Positions 30,001 to 41,047 of a stretch of DNA of 64,000 bases are shown here, piece after piece. The stretch is from a virus (taxonomy: Duplodnaviria > Caudoviricetes), in IMG/VR virus record IMGVR_UViG_3300028591_000075, positions 32,001 through 96,000 of that record. One strand, written 5' to 3'. Below the pieces are notes generated by a model, which worked only from the letters and a program-made list of their open reading frames with translations, did no database searches and was not told the origin of the DNA. Both the position numbers and the translations under genes were made by a program. Each line of letters starts with the position of its first letter. Position 1 is the stretch's first letter.

Positions 30001-30513
30001 ATGCCCAAAAAAGACACATTCGTAGGTAGCGTAGTGAATGCCGGCAAGAAATCCGGTGGAATCACCCATCCCATTGAAAGCAACGGTCCCCAAAAACGCA
30101 AGGCTGGGTTCTATGGGTATGCCATGGGTAGCGCAATGAGCGACATTCCCGGCAACGAAGCGAACGCCGCAGCCGATGTCGGCTATGCAACCTCCGGTGG
30201 ATGCGATGGTGCTCCGGCAGCCGGCGAATCCGTTGACCTGGAATCCTTCAACGCTTGCCTCGAAGCCGTCCGCGCACAGATTGAAGCAAGCCCCATTGCA
30301 AACCAGATTGCCGACATTTTCAAACGGGCACAGCAGGGCCAATGCAATACTGCCCTCTACTCCGGCGCCGATGGCTATCAGAGCATGGGGAACGGTGAAC
30401 AGCCTGACATGGTTCGCGAAAACCTCATCGCGACCGCGGCAGCCAACTGCGAAAGCGCCCTCCAAATGTTCAAGGCAGTTGCCGGGGTCGATTATTGGGT
30501 GTTCCGTCGCTAA
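30001..30513 (+). CDS. Hypothetical late protein
   Basis: ATG 30001 with GAGG RBS; TATAAACT at 29974-29981. Confidence 0.75.
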   Translation: MPKKDTFVGSVVNAGKKSGGITHPIESNGPQKRKAGFYGYAMGSAMSDIPGNEANAAADVGYATSGGCDGAPAAGESVDLESFNACLEAVRAQIEASPIANQIADIFKRAQQGQCNTALYSGADGYQSMGNGEQPDMVRENLIATAAANCESALQMFKAVAGVDYWVFRR

Positions 30514-30567
30514 CCGGCAATCTTTAATGTAGTTTAATCCTCGGAAATAAATCCGAGGATTTTTATT

Positions 30568-31347
30568 ATGGAATTGGAAAACAACCAGCCTATTACCCCG
30601 ACCAAGCGCGTTGTCGAGGTGCTGATCGATGAAAACGGCAATCCCAAGGAAGGGGAAGTCGTCAAGAAGGTACTCACATTTGAAACCCTGGACCTTCCTA
30701 CGCTGGATGAAGTCGTAGACAAGACCAAACCCGACTACGACGATTTCGACGTACTCCGTGGCAAGATGGGCGCCTGTGACGAACTCACCGAGTTCACCAA
30801 GGTATTCTATTACAAGGAAAAGGTTGACCCGCCCGTAAACGGTAAGGACTACCGCATCAAGCAGTTGCCCAAGTACCCCAAGTTTCTTGCCCTTTTCGAA
30901 GGCAAGGAAACCATCAATGACATCACGCTCTTCGACGTCAACCGCATGTTCAACAAGGAACAGTTCGAGGAAGCCCTGGAAGAAGATGAGCGCAAGAACG
31001 CACTCGCCGAGGCCGCTGCCGAAATCATGGATAACATGAAGAAGGAAAACCGTTTCTCGTTCGATGCCGAATTGAAGGAAAGCGACCTGGCAATCCTCAA
31101 AAAGTGGATCAAGAACACCGATGGGTTCCTGTCCTACGAAGACCTCCTGGCCGATTCCTTCCGCGAAATGCTCCCGGACTTCGCCAAGATGGGTGAAGAA
31201 TGCGAGAACCCGATTGACTTCAACCCGGATGTCATGATGTTCATGCCGCCCATGGACCAGGGTGACGTTGACAATGACGAAGAAGCAGCCGGTGACATCG
31301 GCAGCTTTATGCCAACTCCGGGCGGATGGAACGTCGAAGCCGACTAA
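30568..31347 (+). CDS. Hypothetical protein, paralog of 42702-44084
   Basis: Shares G(K/R)DY..(L/M)PKYPKFL...EAA..I...M..ENR with that gene. Confidence 0.8.
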   Translation: MELENNQPITPTKRVVEVLIDENGNPKEGEVVKKVLTFETLDLPTLDEVVDKTKPDYDDFDVLRGKMGACDELTEFTKVFYYKEKVDPPVNGKDYRIKQLPKYPKFLALFEGKETINDITLFDVNRMFNKEQFEEALEEDERKNALAEAAAEIMDNMKKENRFSFDAELKESDLAILKKWIKNTDGFLSYEDLLADSFREMLPDFAKMGEECENPIDFNPDVMMFMPPMDQGDVDNDEEAAGDIGSFMPTPGGWNVEAD

Positions 31348-31366
31348 GGTTCATCAAGCACCATTG

Positions 31367-31395
31367 AAAAATCCCGCCATTTGGCGGGATTTTTT
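31367..31395. terminator. Bidirectional terminator between convergent genes
   Basis: AAAAATCCCGCCA-TT-TGGCGGGATTTTT. Confidence 0.8.
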
Positions 31396-31398
31396 TAA

Positions 31399-34300
31399 TT
31401 AGACATCGACATCATTCTTTTGGACAACCGCTTGTGGCGGGTTTTTCCAAATGACCGCAAGGTTATCCTTGCTCGTCTTGATGACCCCGTTGACAACCAT
31501 GTCCTTGGCGCGACGGGTAATCTCCTTGGTGATGTCATCCTTGATCTTCTTTTCCAGACCAGGGAGGCCACCCTTAACGGTACCCTTCGTCTGGGTCAGG
31601 TACTGCCTGATTTCCTCGCGGATATCGTTCTGCGTAGCATCGCTGAAAGTGGAACCAACCACACCGTGTACGATGGCGGCAATTTTGCCCTCGCCAAACT
31701 TGGCCACGAAGTTGTTGCCCTGAGGGTCGGTATATTCCCGCAAGAAATTACCATCAGCAGTAACGTTAGCCCATTGCTTACCGGTATCCTTACCAGCGTC
31801 ATTCTGGATAGAGCGCTGGATAATACCAATCATAACAGGAACAAGTTGCTTGGCCGCAACCATCGGGTCAACTGGAGCAGTATTGCCACGAACAACCTTG
31901 GCGATTGCCTTCTTGCTATCAGGGGCAAACTTGCCATCCGATGTAAAGACCGAGTGACCAAGTTCCTTTTCGGCCCTGTTGATGATAAGGGTCATCTGCA
32001 TGTGGGCATCCGGACTATCGACCGGGAGAGCCTTACCATTACCGATTTGCACCTGGTCAGATTCCTCACCATCGGAGCCGGTAACCATGTGAATACCCGG
32101 AATATCCGAACGTGCAATCAAGCGGATGGTGCCATCATCAATGCTGCCACCCATAGGTGTCTTACCGGCATCGATAGACACTGCACCGATGGAAGACCTC
32201 AGATACTTGCGCAATTCGGCCATATCGTAGTTTTCCATGTCATGCGCATACGTTTCCGCAAAATGAGCCTGGGCATTCGGATTAGTAGACGAATTCACAT
32301 CATCGCAGAACTGGTCGATACTTCCAGTGAAGCCGGCGTTAGACCTAAGGTCTTCCTTGACCATACGCTTCTGTGCAGTAGGCATATTAACATCGAGAGT
32401 GCTCAGCTTCTTCTGAACCGTTCCCATAATGGCATCCAGCGATTCACGGTTAGCCTGGGTAATTGCACTTACACCATGGTCACCGTCCTCCGAGCGCATT
32501 CTGCGGTTCTGTTCATTCACGGAGCCTACGCTAGGCATCTTGGGCATGCCAAGGTTCTTCTCCATCTCCTGTGCCCTACGTGCAGCAGGGCCGCGCAGCG
32601 CGGTCTTCTTCGGGTTGGCACGCTCCTTGGAGTAATCCATGATTGCATCAGGAATTGCCGAGTGAGATGTACGCATCCGGTCAAGCACGTCGTCAATCAC
32701 CTCACGCGGGTCTCCACTGGTGTTATCCAGCAGACGCATGTTGTTGACGATGAACTGTTCCGCCTTTGCGCCGAGCACGCTCTCGACATACCTCACACCC
32801 CAGCCAGCCTTCTGTTTAAGTGCTGCGACTTCGGGGCTCGGGGTATATGCATTGCCCTGCTTCTCCATTGCCGCCTTCTTTCGTTCCTCAGAATCCTCGA
32901 CCTGGTGATACTTATAGATATCGCAGATGGCATTGGCAATCTGTTCGTATGTCTTGGCCTCTTCGGCATCGACACTGGCAGCAGCCTTATAGCGTTCCCT
33001 AGGATTGGAACCGAATGCATTCACAATCCGGTCAATCATCGCATTTTTAAGGGCGCTCTTCTCGTTGACGGAACCGTCAATCTTCTCCTGCACATACTTC
33101 TTGCCAAGTTCTTCCTGCATGTACGCAACGGCATCAGGACCACCGATTTCACCCAGCGCCTTAAAGCCTTCATCACGCATTTCCTGACGTTCCTTGTCAT
33201 TCCTTGCGTTAAAGCCCAAGATCTGGGTGACTGCATCAGCCAACCTGTCATCGGCCTTTACACCACGGTCAGGATACTGCCCAGTCAAATTCTTGATGTA
33301 CTCATCAGAATCATATTGGGCACCGGCAGTAGCATCCGCATTCAAGTCCTCGGCCATGTTATGGAGATGAGCCTCATGACCGGCGTTACGTTCAGCCGGA
33401 TCCAAGGCGGCAAAGATTGTCGCCGCATGACCGGATGCAAGGTTACCAGCCAAGCTGAAGAACGTTTCAGAAATGCGTTCCATCATTTCCGGATTGTTCT
33501 TACGCATCGGGCCAAAGGTACCATTGGACAGCAACCTATCCGTCATCTGGTAACGGATGGCCTTGACAATACCATCGATAACCGCCTTGTTCTTCAGCAT
33601 CGCAGCAAGACGCTTCCCGGACAGCATACCGGCACTCTTACCGAAAGCCATCTCGGCGTAGGTCTTTCCAGCAAACGGCCCATTCACGCATGTCTCGTCG
33701 AGTGCAAGCGTTTCAAGAAGGGCACCAAAGGGCATCTTCGGGTTCGTCTGGGTCATAGAAGCAAACCTGCTAACCAGCTTGCTGTATTCGGCATCCCCTT
33801 CCGACTCGCAATCCAGAATTGCTCCGTATGCGGCAGCCGCTTCCGCATTCGGCGCGTAGCTACGGTTGATTTCGCTTTCAGCACGATGCGTCTTGTTGTA
33901 GGCAGCATGCTTTGCAGCACGAATCGTATCCAACTTACGACCGTAACCTTCAGTCGAATGCATACCGAAATCATGGTAAATGGATTCAATTTCGCGGCTA
34001 AGGTTATCGTCGTTGATAACGCTATTCATGGCCGAGTTCAATGTTTCCCTAGCAACATCCGGGTCAACATTTGCATCCGCACTAGAACGCTGCTTGGCAA
34101 CGTCACGCATAGCGGTAGGAATGTTAGACACCGGTGTCTCATGACCGGCATACGGGTTAGGAGTGGCCTGGTTCTTGGTAATGTCGCCCACGCGCAGAAT
34201 GATATGTGCGAATGCCGTACTTGCCTTCGAAATTTCGGCCAAGGTGTTATCAGGGCCAATTTCAAAGCCATCGGTAAGGAATTCGTTCAATTCATGACGC

Positions 34301-37300
34301 ATAGCTGCGGTCTCAGGCATGTAACGAGAGCAACGAGTTTTCAGGCCCGTGACAACTTCGTCAACCAGCTTTCTCCATTCATCACCGGCAGCGCTATCAA
34401 CGACAGCACCTGTCGGAGACTGCTGGAATCTCAACCGCATCTTGGAATCCATATACTTGGTAGCGATGTAATCAATCACATCGTCAGCCCACAACGTACG
34501 CACGTTCGCCTTTCCGACATTTGCCAAGTCGGCACCATTCTTCTCGGCAAATTCCTGCAAGTCCTCTCGGGCAGACTGGATATAGTCGGCACATTTCTGA
34601 ACCGCACCCTTATTCAATCCACTGTAAGCAGATTCGCCGTCAGTCAATGGCCTAATGGAACCAATGCTGCCACTGGTATTTCCGACCTTGATAGTATCGA
34701 ACCCCAGCTTGCCGGTCAATCCATCATAAGTACCGCCGTTGGATGGTGTCCAGGTTTTGAAGTTGCTCGCAACCTCTTCACCAACCCCACTCGGATTTTC
34801 ATCTGGCGCTTCCAGTTCCTGACCAGCATCATCCAGGGAAACGGTATCATTCGTATCCATATCGGACAATTTCCTGGGCGAAGTATGGAAGAAGTGAACC
34901 ACCTTGTTCTTCAGGTCTTCGAGGTTCTTTGCACCCTCGACGGCGCCAATAGCGGCAGCGGCCAATTCAGCATAAGCGGCATGTTCGCCACTATCGCCAA
35001 TGATCGAACCGCGGAATGCATCAGTCAAGGCATTGATGAGAGCGCCATTCCCGGTCAGTTGACGCAGGATAGCACGGCGCTGTTCCATCTTGGGAAGCGT
35101 CTTTTGCTTCATCAATGCGGCCATGGCCTTGTCAATAGCCTTTGTATTGACACCAGACATGAGCCATGGCTTAACACTCTCGGTAACCGGACCACGAACA
35201 ATCAGGTTGGCCAGCGCCGAGTACAGGCTTGCGTAAATCTTACCAAGTTCAGCATATTTGCCATTCGGCTGAACGATAGCCTTTTCAGCCTGCTGTTCCA
35301 AAGATGTCTTTGCCGCAGCATCTACCGGCACACGATCCAGCAACTGTGCAGCCGCGTCGGCGAGCGCAGCATTGCGTCCACGCTCTCCCACCATGGTAGA
35401 AGCATTCAAAATTGTTTCGGCAGTCTTGATAATGCCCTGCTCCGTTTCACGCTGGGCAGCAATCGCCCCATTCGTATCACGGAAACGTCCAATGGGTTCG
35501 GCATTTCCAGCAGAATTAAAGGATACCGAGATTCGGTTACCTTCATCATACTTACCGCCGGAATACATGCCTATCACATCAAGACCATGATACCCATATC
35601 CGGTAGCAATACTGTTGGCCGCACCACACAGGTCTTGCAGGAACGCCCTAAATGCAACCAAGGTATCATGTTCATCATTGTCATAAGCAGCCGAAATCTC
35701 AGCTGGAATGTTCTTACTGTTGAGCGTAGTGAACAAGTCGGTCGCGAATTCCTTACCATAGCTCTGCACGAGTTTCCTGGTATTGTCAGCTTCTTCGGCA
35801 CTGGATGTAGCATCCAGGTGATTAGCAGACATGACAGCCGCATATTCCTTGGCTCGTTCTGCAACCATTTGTAGCAATTCTTCACTAGAAGCGTCGGACA
35901 CCATGGCAGGAATACTACCATACACATCCCTGAATGCGAACCTGACCGGAGCACCAAGGTTCTGCACCACATTGCCAATATACTGGTTCAAGTCAGCATC
36001 GTATGCCTCAATGTTGGCGATGATTGAATAGGCATGCAGGGTCTTTTCATCAAACGAGCGAACCGCATCGGCATTGCTGAATTTCTGTCCCGCCTTAGTC
36101 GGGGGAAGCGTTGCAGCCAATTCCTGCTTGCTAAGTTCAGGAACCTCGAATGTATCGCGACCACTCAGGTCAACCGCCGGATTACGGTCATTCAATGACG
36201 ATATGGCACCGGAGGCGATGTCCTCACCCTCAGCAACCCTGGCGGAATGCAATTCCTGGTCCTCATCATTCATGTATTCCATCTTATTATCGACCATACG
36301 AGTATATGGAACGATACCTTTCCAGATGGTATAGGTCGTGAACGATTCGCTACTGTCATAGAACGGGAACAGAACCGGCATAGTGTAATTGTCGGCACCT
36401 TCCACATCGCCATGATTGAGCTTTACGACAGCATCACCCATCTTGATATCGAGTTCCCCATTCGTCTTGTTATCCGACAAGACCTGGTACTTGCCAGGAT
36501 AACGCTTAACAGCCCTAAGCACTCGGCTAGTAATCTCGCCACGTTCGACACTGGTCTTACGAAGCAAGATTTCATCACCGGTACCGGCAACACCAGGATA
36601 CTCCGACTTGCCATCCTGGAATACCTGGCTCAGGATATTGTTCGATACCTCATCGCCAGCCTCAGCACGAAGCGCGGCGACACCCTGGTCATGAACCTGA
36701 ACAGCGGCGCGTACATCACGGGACAAGCTGGCGATCTTGGCATTGATTTCATCGCGCATGTATTCGGTATAATCCGAGTCTTCTTCATCCTCAGCCTTCG
36801 GGCGAAGGGACACGCCGAATAGCTTAGCCATTTTCTCGTAACCGCGCACAATGTCATTGATGTCGTTCAAACGGACACCACCACGCTTCTTCATGAAACG
36901 GGCGCAATCCTTTGCGAACAATGGCTTCAAGTATTGCGGCGCCACCGGTGCGCCACTGAGGTCCAAGCTCGGATTGGCGATATTCAAGGCAAGGTACTCG
37001 CTCCTACCTTCGCCGGTCTGATATTCAGTTTCATCGGGAAGACCTTCACCCTCAATCCAGTCCTGAACATATCCAGCCGTATCAGGTACGCTCTTCGAAT
37101 GGTCAGGCGGCTTGGGGCTAGGGTTGGACGACCAGTACCAGTCGGCATAGTCGGAAGCAGCATCCTTGGCTTCGAGACTATGTTCAAGAATACCACTACC
37201 ATAGGTTTCGGACATGCGGCATGCGATATATGCATAAATTTCAGCATCGCTGATGGTGCTATGGTCCGATTCATTCGGCTGATTGCCCTTGTTGTAGCTA

Positions 37301-38007
37301 AACCCAACAGCCTTCGGCTGGAGATAGCGCTCAACCGGATTTCCATCCTTGTCGGTTTCGACAGCGGACAACGGCTTGCTAGAGGTCAATTCACTGACAT
37401 ACTGTTGACGGTATGTATTCATCATGTTGCCGAAGTCATCCAACAGCGGCATCGAATTGCGCTTGCTTTCGATATGCGACACCAGGTCGTAAAGGTAGGC
37501 GCCAAACTTGGAACCAAGTGTCTTCAAGCGTTCCGGGTTGTTCAGTATGCCAATCACGGTCTTACGAGCTTCCCTGGTCGTATTGTAGTTATAGTCACTC
37601 AACTTCTGGGAGGATACTGCCTGCTGCCTACGCAGAGCAGGATCGCCCTTACGCCCAAACGGAACGATACGGCGAGAAGCCGGGTCATAGCGGAACCCCG
37701 CGTCCGACTCGATATCCTTGACATTCGGATTGCGATAGGACCTGGCAATGTCACCGGTCACTGCTTCGGCGATGAGGTCGAAGTATTCCGGGTCATCGTT
37801 CCGGTGGAACGCTGCATAAATGACGGAGGCCAGGCTCGGTGGAAACCTCAATGTGTCATCTTTAGTATTGACGCGATATACAGGAGAATCATCGGTTGAC
37901 TTGGTAAACACCAGGGCCAACTTGTGCATGGCATATAACGCATTCCTGATTCCGTCGATATCCTGCTGCGGGGCATTGATCGCTTCGAGTATTGGACGAT
38001 TGTTCAT
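31399..38007 (-). CDS. Giant Ala-rich helical late protein (about 2200 aa), probable virion-internal/ejected protein
   Basis: Long ORF; probable start MNNRPILEA at 38007, downstream of TATAAACT 38042-38049; no enzyme motif recognised. Confidence 0.8.
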   Translation of the reverse strand: MNNRPILEAINAPQQDIDGIRNALYAMHKLALVFTKSTDDSPVYRVNTKDDTLRFPPSLASVIYAAFHRNDDPEYFDLIAEAVTGDIARSYRNPNVKDIESDAGFRYDPASRRIVPFGRKGDPALRRQQAVSSQKLSDYNYNTTREARKTVIGILNNPERLKTLGSKFGAYLYDLVSHIESKRNSMPLLDDFGNMMNTYRQQYVSELTSSKPLSAVETDKDGNPVERYLQPKAVGFSYNKGNQPNESDHSTISDAEIYAYIACRMSETYGSGILEHSLEAKDAASDYADWYWSSNPSPKPPDHSKSVPDTAGYVQDWIEGEGLPDETEYQTGEGRSEYLALNIANPSLDLSGAPVAPQYLKPLFAKDCARFMKKRGGVRLNDINDIVRGYEKMAKLFGVSLRPKAEDEEDSDYTEYMRDEINAKIASLSRDVRAAVQVHDQGVAALRAEAGDEVSNNILSQVFQDGKSEYPGVAGTGDEILLRKTSVERGEITSRVLRAVKRYPGKYQVLSDNKTNGELDIKMGDAVVKLNHGDVEGADNYTMPVLFPFYDSSESFTTYTIWKGIVPYTRMVDNKMEYMNDEDQELHSARVAEGEDIASGAISSLNDRNPAVDLSGRDTFEVPELSKQELAATLPPTKAGQKFSNADAVRSFDEKTLHAYSIIANIEAYDADLNQYIGNVVQNLGAPVRFAFRDVYGSIPAMVSDASSEELLQMVAERAKEYAAVMSANHLDATSSAEEADNTRKLVQSYGKEFATDLFTTLNSKNIPAEISAAYDNDEHDTLVAFRAFLQDLCGAANSIATGYGYHGLDVIGMYSGGKYDEGNRISVSFNSAGNAEPIGRFRDTNGAIAAQRETEQGIIKTAETILNASTMVGERGRNAALADAAAQLLDRVPVDAAAKTSLEQQAEKAIVQPNGKYAELGKIYASLYSALANLIVRGPVTESVKPWLMSGVNTKAIDKAMAALMKQKTLPKMEQRRAILRQLTGNGALINALTDAFRGSIIGDSGEHAAYAELAAAAIGAVEGAKNLEDLKNKVVHFFHTSPRKLSDMDTNDTVSLDDAGQELEAPDENPSGVGEEVASNFKTWTPSNGGTYDGLTGKLGFDTIKVGNTSGSIGSIRPLTDGESAYSGLNKGAVQKCADYIQSAREDLQEFAEKNGADLANVGKANVRTLWADDVIDYIATKYMDSKMRLRFQQSPTGAVVDSAAGDEWRKLVDEVVTGLKTRCSRYMPETAAMRHELNEFLTDGFEIGPDNTLAEISKASTAFAHIILRVGDITKNQATPNPYAGHETPVSNIPTAMRDVAKQRSSADANVDPDVARETLNSAMNSVINDDNLSREIESIYHDFGMHSTEGYGRKLDTIRAAKHAAYNKTHRAESEINRSYAPNAEAAAAYGAILDCESEGDAEYSKLVSRFASMTQTNPKMPFGALLETLALDETCVNGPFAGKTYAEMAFGKSAGMLSGKRLAAMLKNKAVIDGIVKAIRYQMTDRLLSNGTFGPMRKNNPEMMERISETFFSLAGNLASGHAATIFAALDPAERNAGHEAHLHNMAEDLNADATAGAQYDSDEYIKNLTGQYPDRGVKADDRLADAVTQILGFNARNDKERQEMRDEGFKALGEIGGPDAVAYMQEELGKKYVQEKIDGSVNEKSALKNAMIDRIVNAFGSNPRERYKAAASVDAEEAKTYEQIANAICDIYKYHQVEDSEERKKAAMEKQGNAYTPSPEVAALKQKAGWGVRYVESVLGAKAEQFIVNNMRLLDNTSGDPREVIDDVLDRMRTSHSAIPDAIMDYSKERANPKKTALRGPAARRAQEMEKNLGMPKMPSVGSVNEQNRRMRSEDGDHGVSAITQANRESLDAIMGTVQKKLSTLDVNMPTAQKRMVKEDLRSNAGFTGSIDQFCDDVNSSTNPNAQAHFAETYAHDMENYDMAELRKYLRSSIGAVSIDAGKTPMGGSIDDGTIRLIARSDIPGIHMVTGSDGEESDQVQIGNGKALPVDSPDAHMQMTLIINRAEKELGHSVFTSDGKFAPDSKKAIAKVVRGNTAPVDPMVAAKQLVPVMIGIIQRSIQNDAGKDTGKQWANVTADGNFLREYTDPQGNNFVAKFGEGKIAAIVHGVVGSTFSDATQNDIREEIRQYLTQTKGTVKGGLPGLEKKIKDDITKEITRRAKDMVVNGVIKTSKDNLAVIWKNPPQAVVQKNDVDV

Positions 38008-38041
38008 CGAGATAACCTTGTGAAACTTGTTATTTGCAGGT

Positions 38042-38110
38042 AGTTTATAGAAATGTCGAAAAAACAATCCGCCCATATATCAAATTTATGGGTGCAATGC
38101 CCTATAAACT
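38042..38110. promoter_or_regulatory. Back-to-back TATAAACT promoters for divergent large genes
   Basis: AGTTTATA at 38042-38049 and TATAAACT at 38103-38110. Confidence 0.75.
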
Positions 38111-38131
38111 GTCGGTATATAGAGGAATGCC

Positions 38132-40627
38132 ATGAAACCCATAAAAGATGCGACGCCGTTCGAACTCCTTGATGAGAGATTAGACAATAATCCGTACTTT
38201 AAGCGCGAATATCCCATGGTTCGCGGTGGGTCACCTCTTTGCTGGGCTTTCTATGTACAGATGGTTCCGACCCTGTGTGAACAGGAAGTCATAAACAATT
38301 TCTTCCAGAACCTGTCACATCCGGAAGACCCACTCTTCCAGCACCTGAATGACCTCGTACTGGAACCCCATAAGCATAAGGATCTTGCGGTCTATCTGTT
38401 AAAGACGTATCAGCTTCTTGACGCAAGCATGTGCAGTGATATTGAGGAATTTGCCAATGCATTCACCAACGCGCTCGAAACCATATATGGAGAACGGGAT
38501 GACTTCGCAATGCCAACCGATAACCCGATTTGGGAAGCTACTGTATCCAATGTCCCATCGGCACCACGTTCAATGGCAATTCTAGGTCTTTTTATCGATG
38601 ATTTTTCCCCGGATAATCTCGAAGCCACATTGCATAACCAGATACCATCTCAACGAATGTACAGCAATCCTTCCACATCGGAACGTGTGGTAGAAGTTGA
38701 GAAGCAGAGGATGTATGCAGCTCGCGTGGCCGCGCTTACACAGATTTTTAAGCTCTGCGATACAATTTTCAACGAAGAAAAACATGAGCTGGATCCGCAG
38801 ACGCTGTCCATTATTGTAGAAGACATCAACAATAAGTACATGAATACACCGGAACTTCCGGATTGGGCCATCGACACTCCCGCATCGAAACCCGATATAC
38901 CGGACACAACAGCAATCGAACCTCCTGTCCCGAAAGTGGAGCCGAAGGTGGAACCGAATCCTGTTGTACCCCCTGCACCGAAGGTTGAACCTAAACCTGC
39001 TGCCCTCCCGGCACCGAAGGTGGAGCCGAATCCTGTTGTACCCCCTGCACCGAAGGTTGAACCTAAACCTGCTGCCCTCCCGGCACCGAAGGTGGAGCCG
39101 AAACCCGTTGTACCACCCGCGTCAAAGGTTGAACCTAAACCTGCTGCCCTCCCGGCACCAAAGGTGGAGCCGAAACCTGTTGTGCCCCCTGCACCGAAGG
39201 TGGAACCAAAGCCTGCTGCCCTCCCGGCACCAAAGGTTGAACCAAAACCTGCTGCACTGCCAGCTCCAAAGGTTGAACCAAAACCAGCTGTACCCCCTGC
39301 ACCAAAGGTGGAGCCGAAGCCTGCTGTACCCCCTGCGCCAAAGGTGGAGCCGAAACCTGCTGTACCTCCTGCACCAAAGGTGGAGCCGAAACCGGTCGTC
39401 CCCACAGGTGATGTCGTAGTGTCAGAAGAACCGGCACCCGCTGCTCCGGCTGCTCCTGCCGCTACTCCGGCTCCGGCTGCCCCTGCTGCTGGTGGTGATA
39501 GCGATTTGGGTGGCATTGTTATTGATGAGCCTGAACCGGAAGAAATTCCACCCGAAGAACCCGCTGCTGATGAAGACTCTAGTAGCTTGGACGGCAATAT
39601 GGACGAAGGCGCCTTGCCACCGGGTACCCCGGCATCGCCCGCCCGTCGCATCAACGTCCCACAGCGTGTACTCATGGAAATTTACAACCATGCAAGTTCC
39701 AGGGACCAGATTACCGACGCGCTCCGCCATGTCGAACAAGATATCATGGATAACACCCCGAACGCACAGTTCCTTGTGCGCTTTGTTCCCGGTGTTACCC
39801 AGGAAATCATCAAGGACATCTTGGTCAACCGTACCGCCAGTGGGCGGTATATCAACCGTTCTACCGGTCGTACCGGTGACGCCATCCCGCATACGAACCT
39901 GACCGGCGGTACCACCTACACCGCCGGCACCAGGACCAGGGCTCTCGGTCCGGTCGAGGTTCCGCCTGGATTTGCCCAGGAAAATTCCTCTGTCCTGTGG
40001 GATGAACCCGTCATCACGACTATGGGTTATCCATTCATCAACTTCGGTGCCCCCGAGATTTACACCATCCTGAAAGACAAGGATGAAAAGCGCGTAAAGC
40101 AGGCATACAAGAAGTTGAAGAAACAGTTGAAGAAGGTTGGCCTTTCGGACCCAATCAAGGTATTGAAGGACTTCAAGAACTCCGTCGGTGTCCCCTGTGC
40201 CATCAACCGCTTGACAATCGATTCCAACGACCTCCTTGAAACCGGCAACGCGAACGTCCTCGCGACAGTCTACCCGCGTGCCACTTCCACGATGCAGGCC
40301 GCTATCGGAACCATACCCCTTACCAGGGACTTCATCGTGGAAATGTACAAGGTACTTTCCCCGACCAAGGGCGCCAAGATTTACATGGACACCCTGGGCA
40401 TGACCGAGGATGAGTATGCGGATACGCTGAATACGGAAGGCCGTCCGCCTATCTACATATTCATCCCGAAGGAAAAGCTCCGGTTCAAGAAGGCCCCGGC
40501 TGGCTTTATCGCCCGTCTGTTCACCAGCAACAAGAAGCCTACCCTGGTCGAGGCCAAAATTGGCACCCATTCGGGCGGCTTCGTGATGCCGTTCAAGACG
40601 ACAAGGATACTTTTCACCGAAGTATAG
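38132..40627 (+). CDS. Late protein with Pro-rich tandem repeats; C-terminal domain paralogous to 45097-47079
   Basis: TATAAACT 38103-38110; PAPKVEPKP repeats. Confidence 0.85.
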   Translation: MKPIKDATPFELLDERLDNNPYFKREYPMVRGGSPLCWAFYVQMVPTLCEQEVINNFFQNLSHPEDPLFQHLNDLVLEPHKHKDLAVYLLKTYQLLDASMCSDIEEFANAFTNALETIYGERDDFAMPTDNPIWEATVSNVPSAPRSMAILGLFIDDFSPDNLEATLHNQIPSQRMYSNPSTSERVVEVEKQRMYAARVAALTQIFKLCDTIFNEEKHELDPQTLSIIVEDINNKYMNTPELPDWAIDTPASKPDIPDTTAIEPPVPKVEPKVEPNPVVPPAPKVEPKPAALPAPKVEPNPVVPPAPKVEPKPAALPAPKVEPKPVVPPASKVEPKPAALPAPKVEPKPVVPPAPKVEPKPAALPAPKVEPKPAALPAPKVEPKPAVPPAPKVEPKPAVPPAPKVEPKPAVPPAPKVEPKPVVPTGDVVVSEEPAPAAPAAPAATPAPAAPAAGGDSDLGGIVIDEPEPEEIPPEEPAADEDSSSLDGNMDEGALPPGTPASPARRINVPQRVLMEIYNHASSRDQITDALRHVEQDIMDNTPNAQFLVRFVPGVTQEIIKDILVNRTASGRYINRSTGRTGDAIPHTNLTGGTTYTAGTRTRALGPVEVPPGFAQENSSVLWDEPVITTMGYPFINFGAPEIYTILKDKDEKRVKQAYKKLKKQLKKVGLSDPIKVLKDFKNSVGVPCAINRLTIDSNDLLETGNANVLATVYPRATSTMQAAIGTIPLTRDFIVEMYKVLSPTKGAKIYMDTLGMTEDEYADTLNTEGRPPIYIFIPKEKLRFKKAPAGFIARLFTSNKKPTLVEAKIGTHSGGFVMPFKTTRILFTEV
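38930..39402 (+). repeat. Coding tandem repeat, 36-bp/12-aa unit PAPKVEP(K/N)P(AAL/VVP/AVP), about 12 copies
   Basis: Visible directly in the DNA and the translation. Confidence 0.95.
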
Positions 40628-40641
40628 GATAGTTTCGCATT

Positions 40642-41004
40642 ATGATAGCAGTCAAACACATCGCATCGGCAGTCTATGGTTGTATCATAGGCAACTGGAT
40701 AGAGAACCTGTTCAGGACGTTCACCCACCGTCCAGGTGGTGAACACCGGTTCGTCGTGGTTGCACAGATCCAAACCGGTGAATATATCAAGGTTCTCGAA
40801 ACCGATACCCAGTCGGTCGCACTCGATTTCGAAGGCCAGATTGACGAGACTACCAACACAATTACCGGTTTCACGTTCGACCGACTGATGCCGGGAGACA
40901 AGGAAGAGCTCCAAATCCTTGAAATAATGAACACCGTGCCTGTCGATGCTGAGGAGCGCGACAAGCTTCTGGCTATCATCCACGAGGCAAGAAAATACTG
41001 GTAG
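40642..41004 (+). CDS. Hypothetical protein
   Basis: 120 aa; ATAGTTT ends 6 nt before the ATG. Confidence 0.7.
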   Translation: MIAVKHIASAVYGCIIGNWIENLFRTFTHRPGGEHRFVVVAQIQTGEYIKVLETDTQSVALDFEGQIDETTNTITGFTFDRLMPGDKEELQILEIMNTVPVDAEERDKLLAIIHEARKYW

Positions 41005-41047
41005 CATTTATATAAACTGAGGGCATTACAGGACCTGAGGTTTTATC

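Noticed and set aside
31420-35874. 1484-aa + strand ORF and many other long antisense ORFs (e.g. 4328-5761, 16099-17493, 57675-59270)
   Set aside because: They mirror real genes on the opposite strand, have unnatural composition, and lack RBS/promoter context; best explained as a codon-bias artefact.
31399-38007. Giant protein as virion RNA polymerase or tape measure
   Set aside because: No DxDGD or T7-type motif and no clear periodic tape-measure repeat seen; cannot be supported by eye.
38930-39402. 36-bp periodic repeat as a CRISPR array
   Set aside because: No unique spacers; in-frame coding repeat with synonymous variation; no cas genes.
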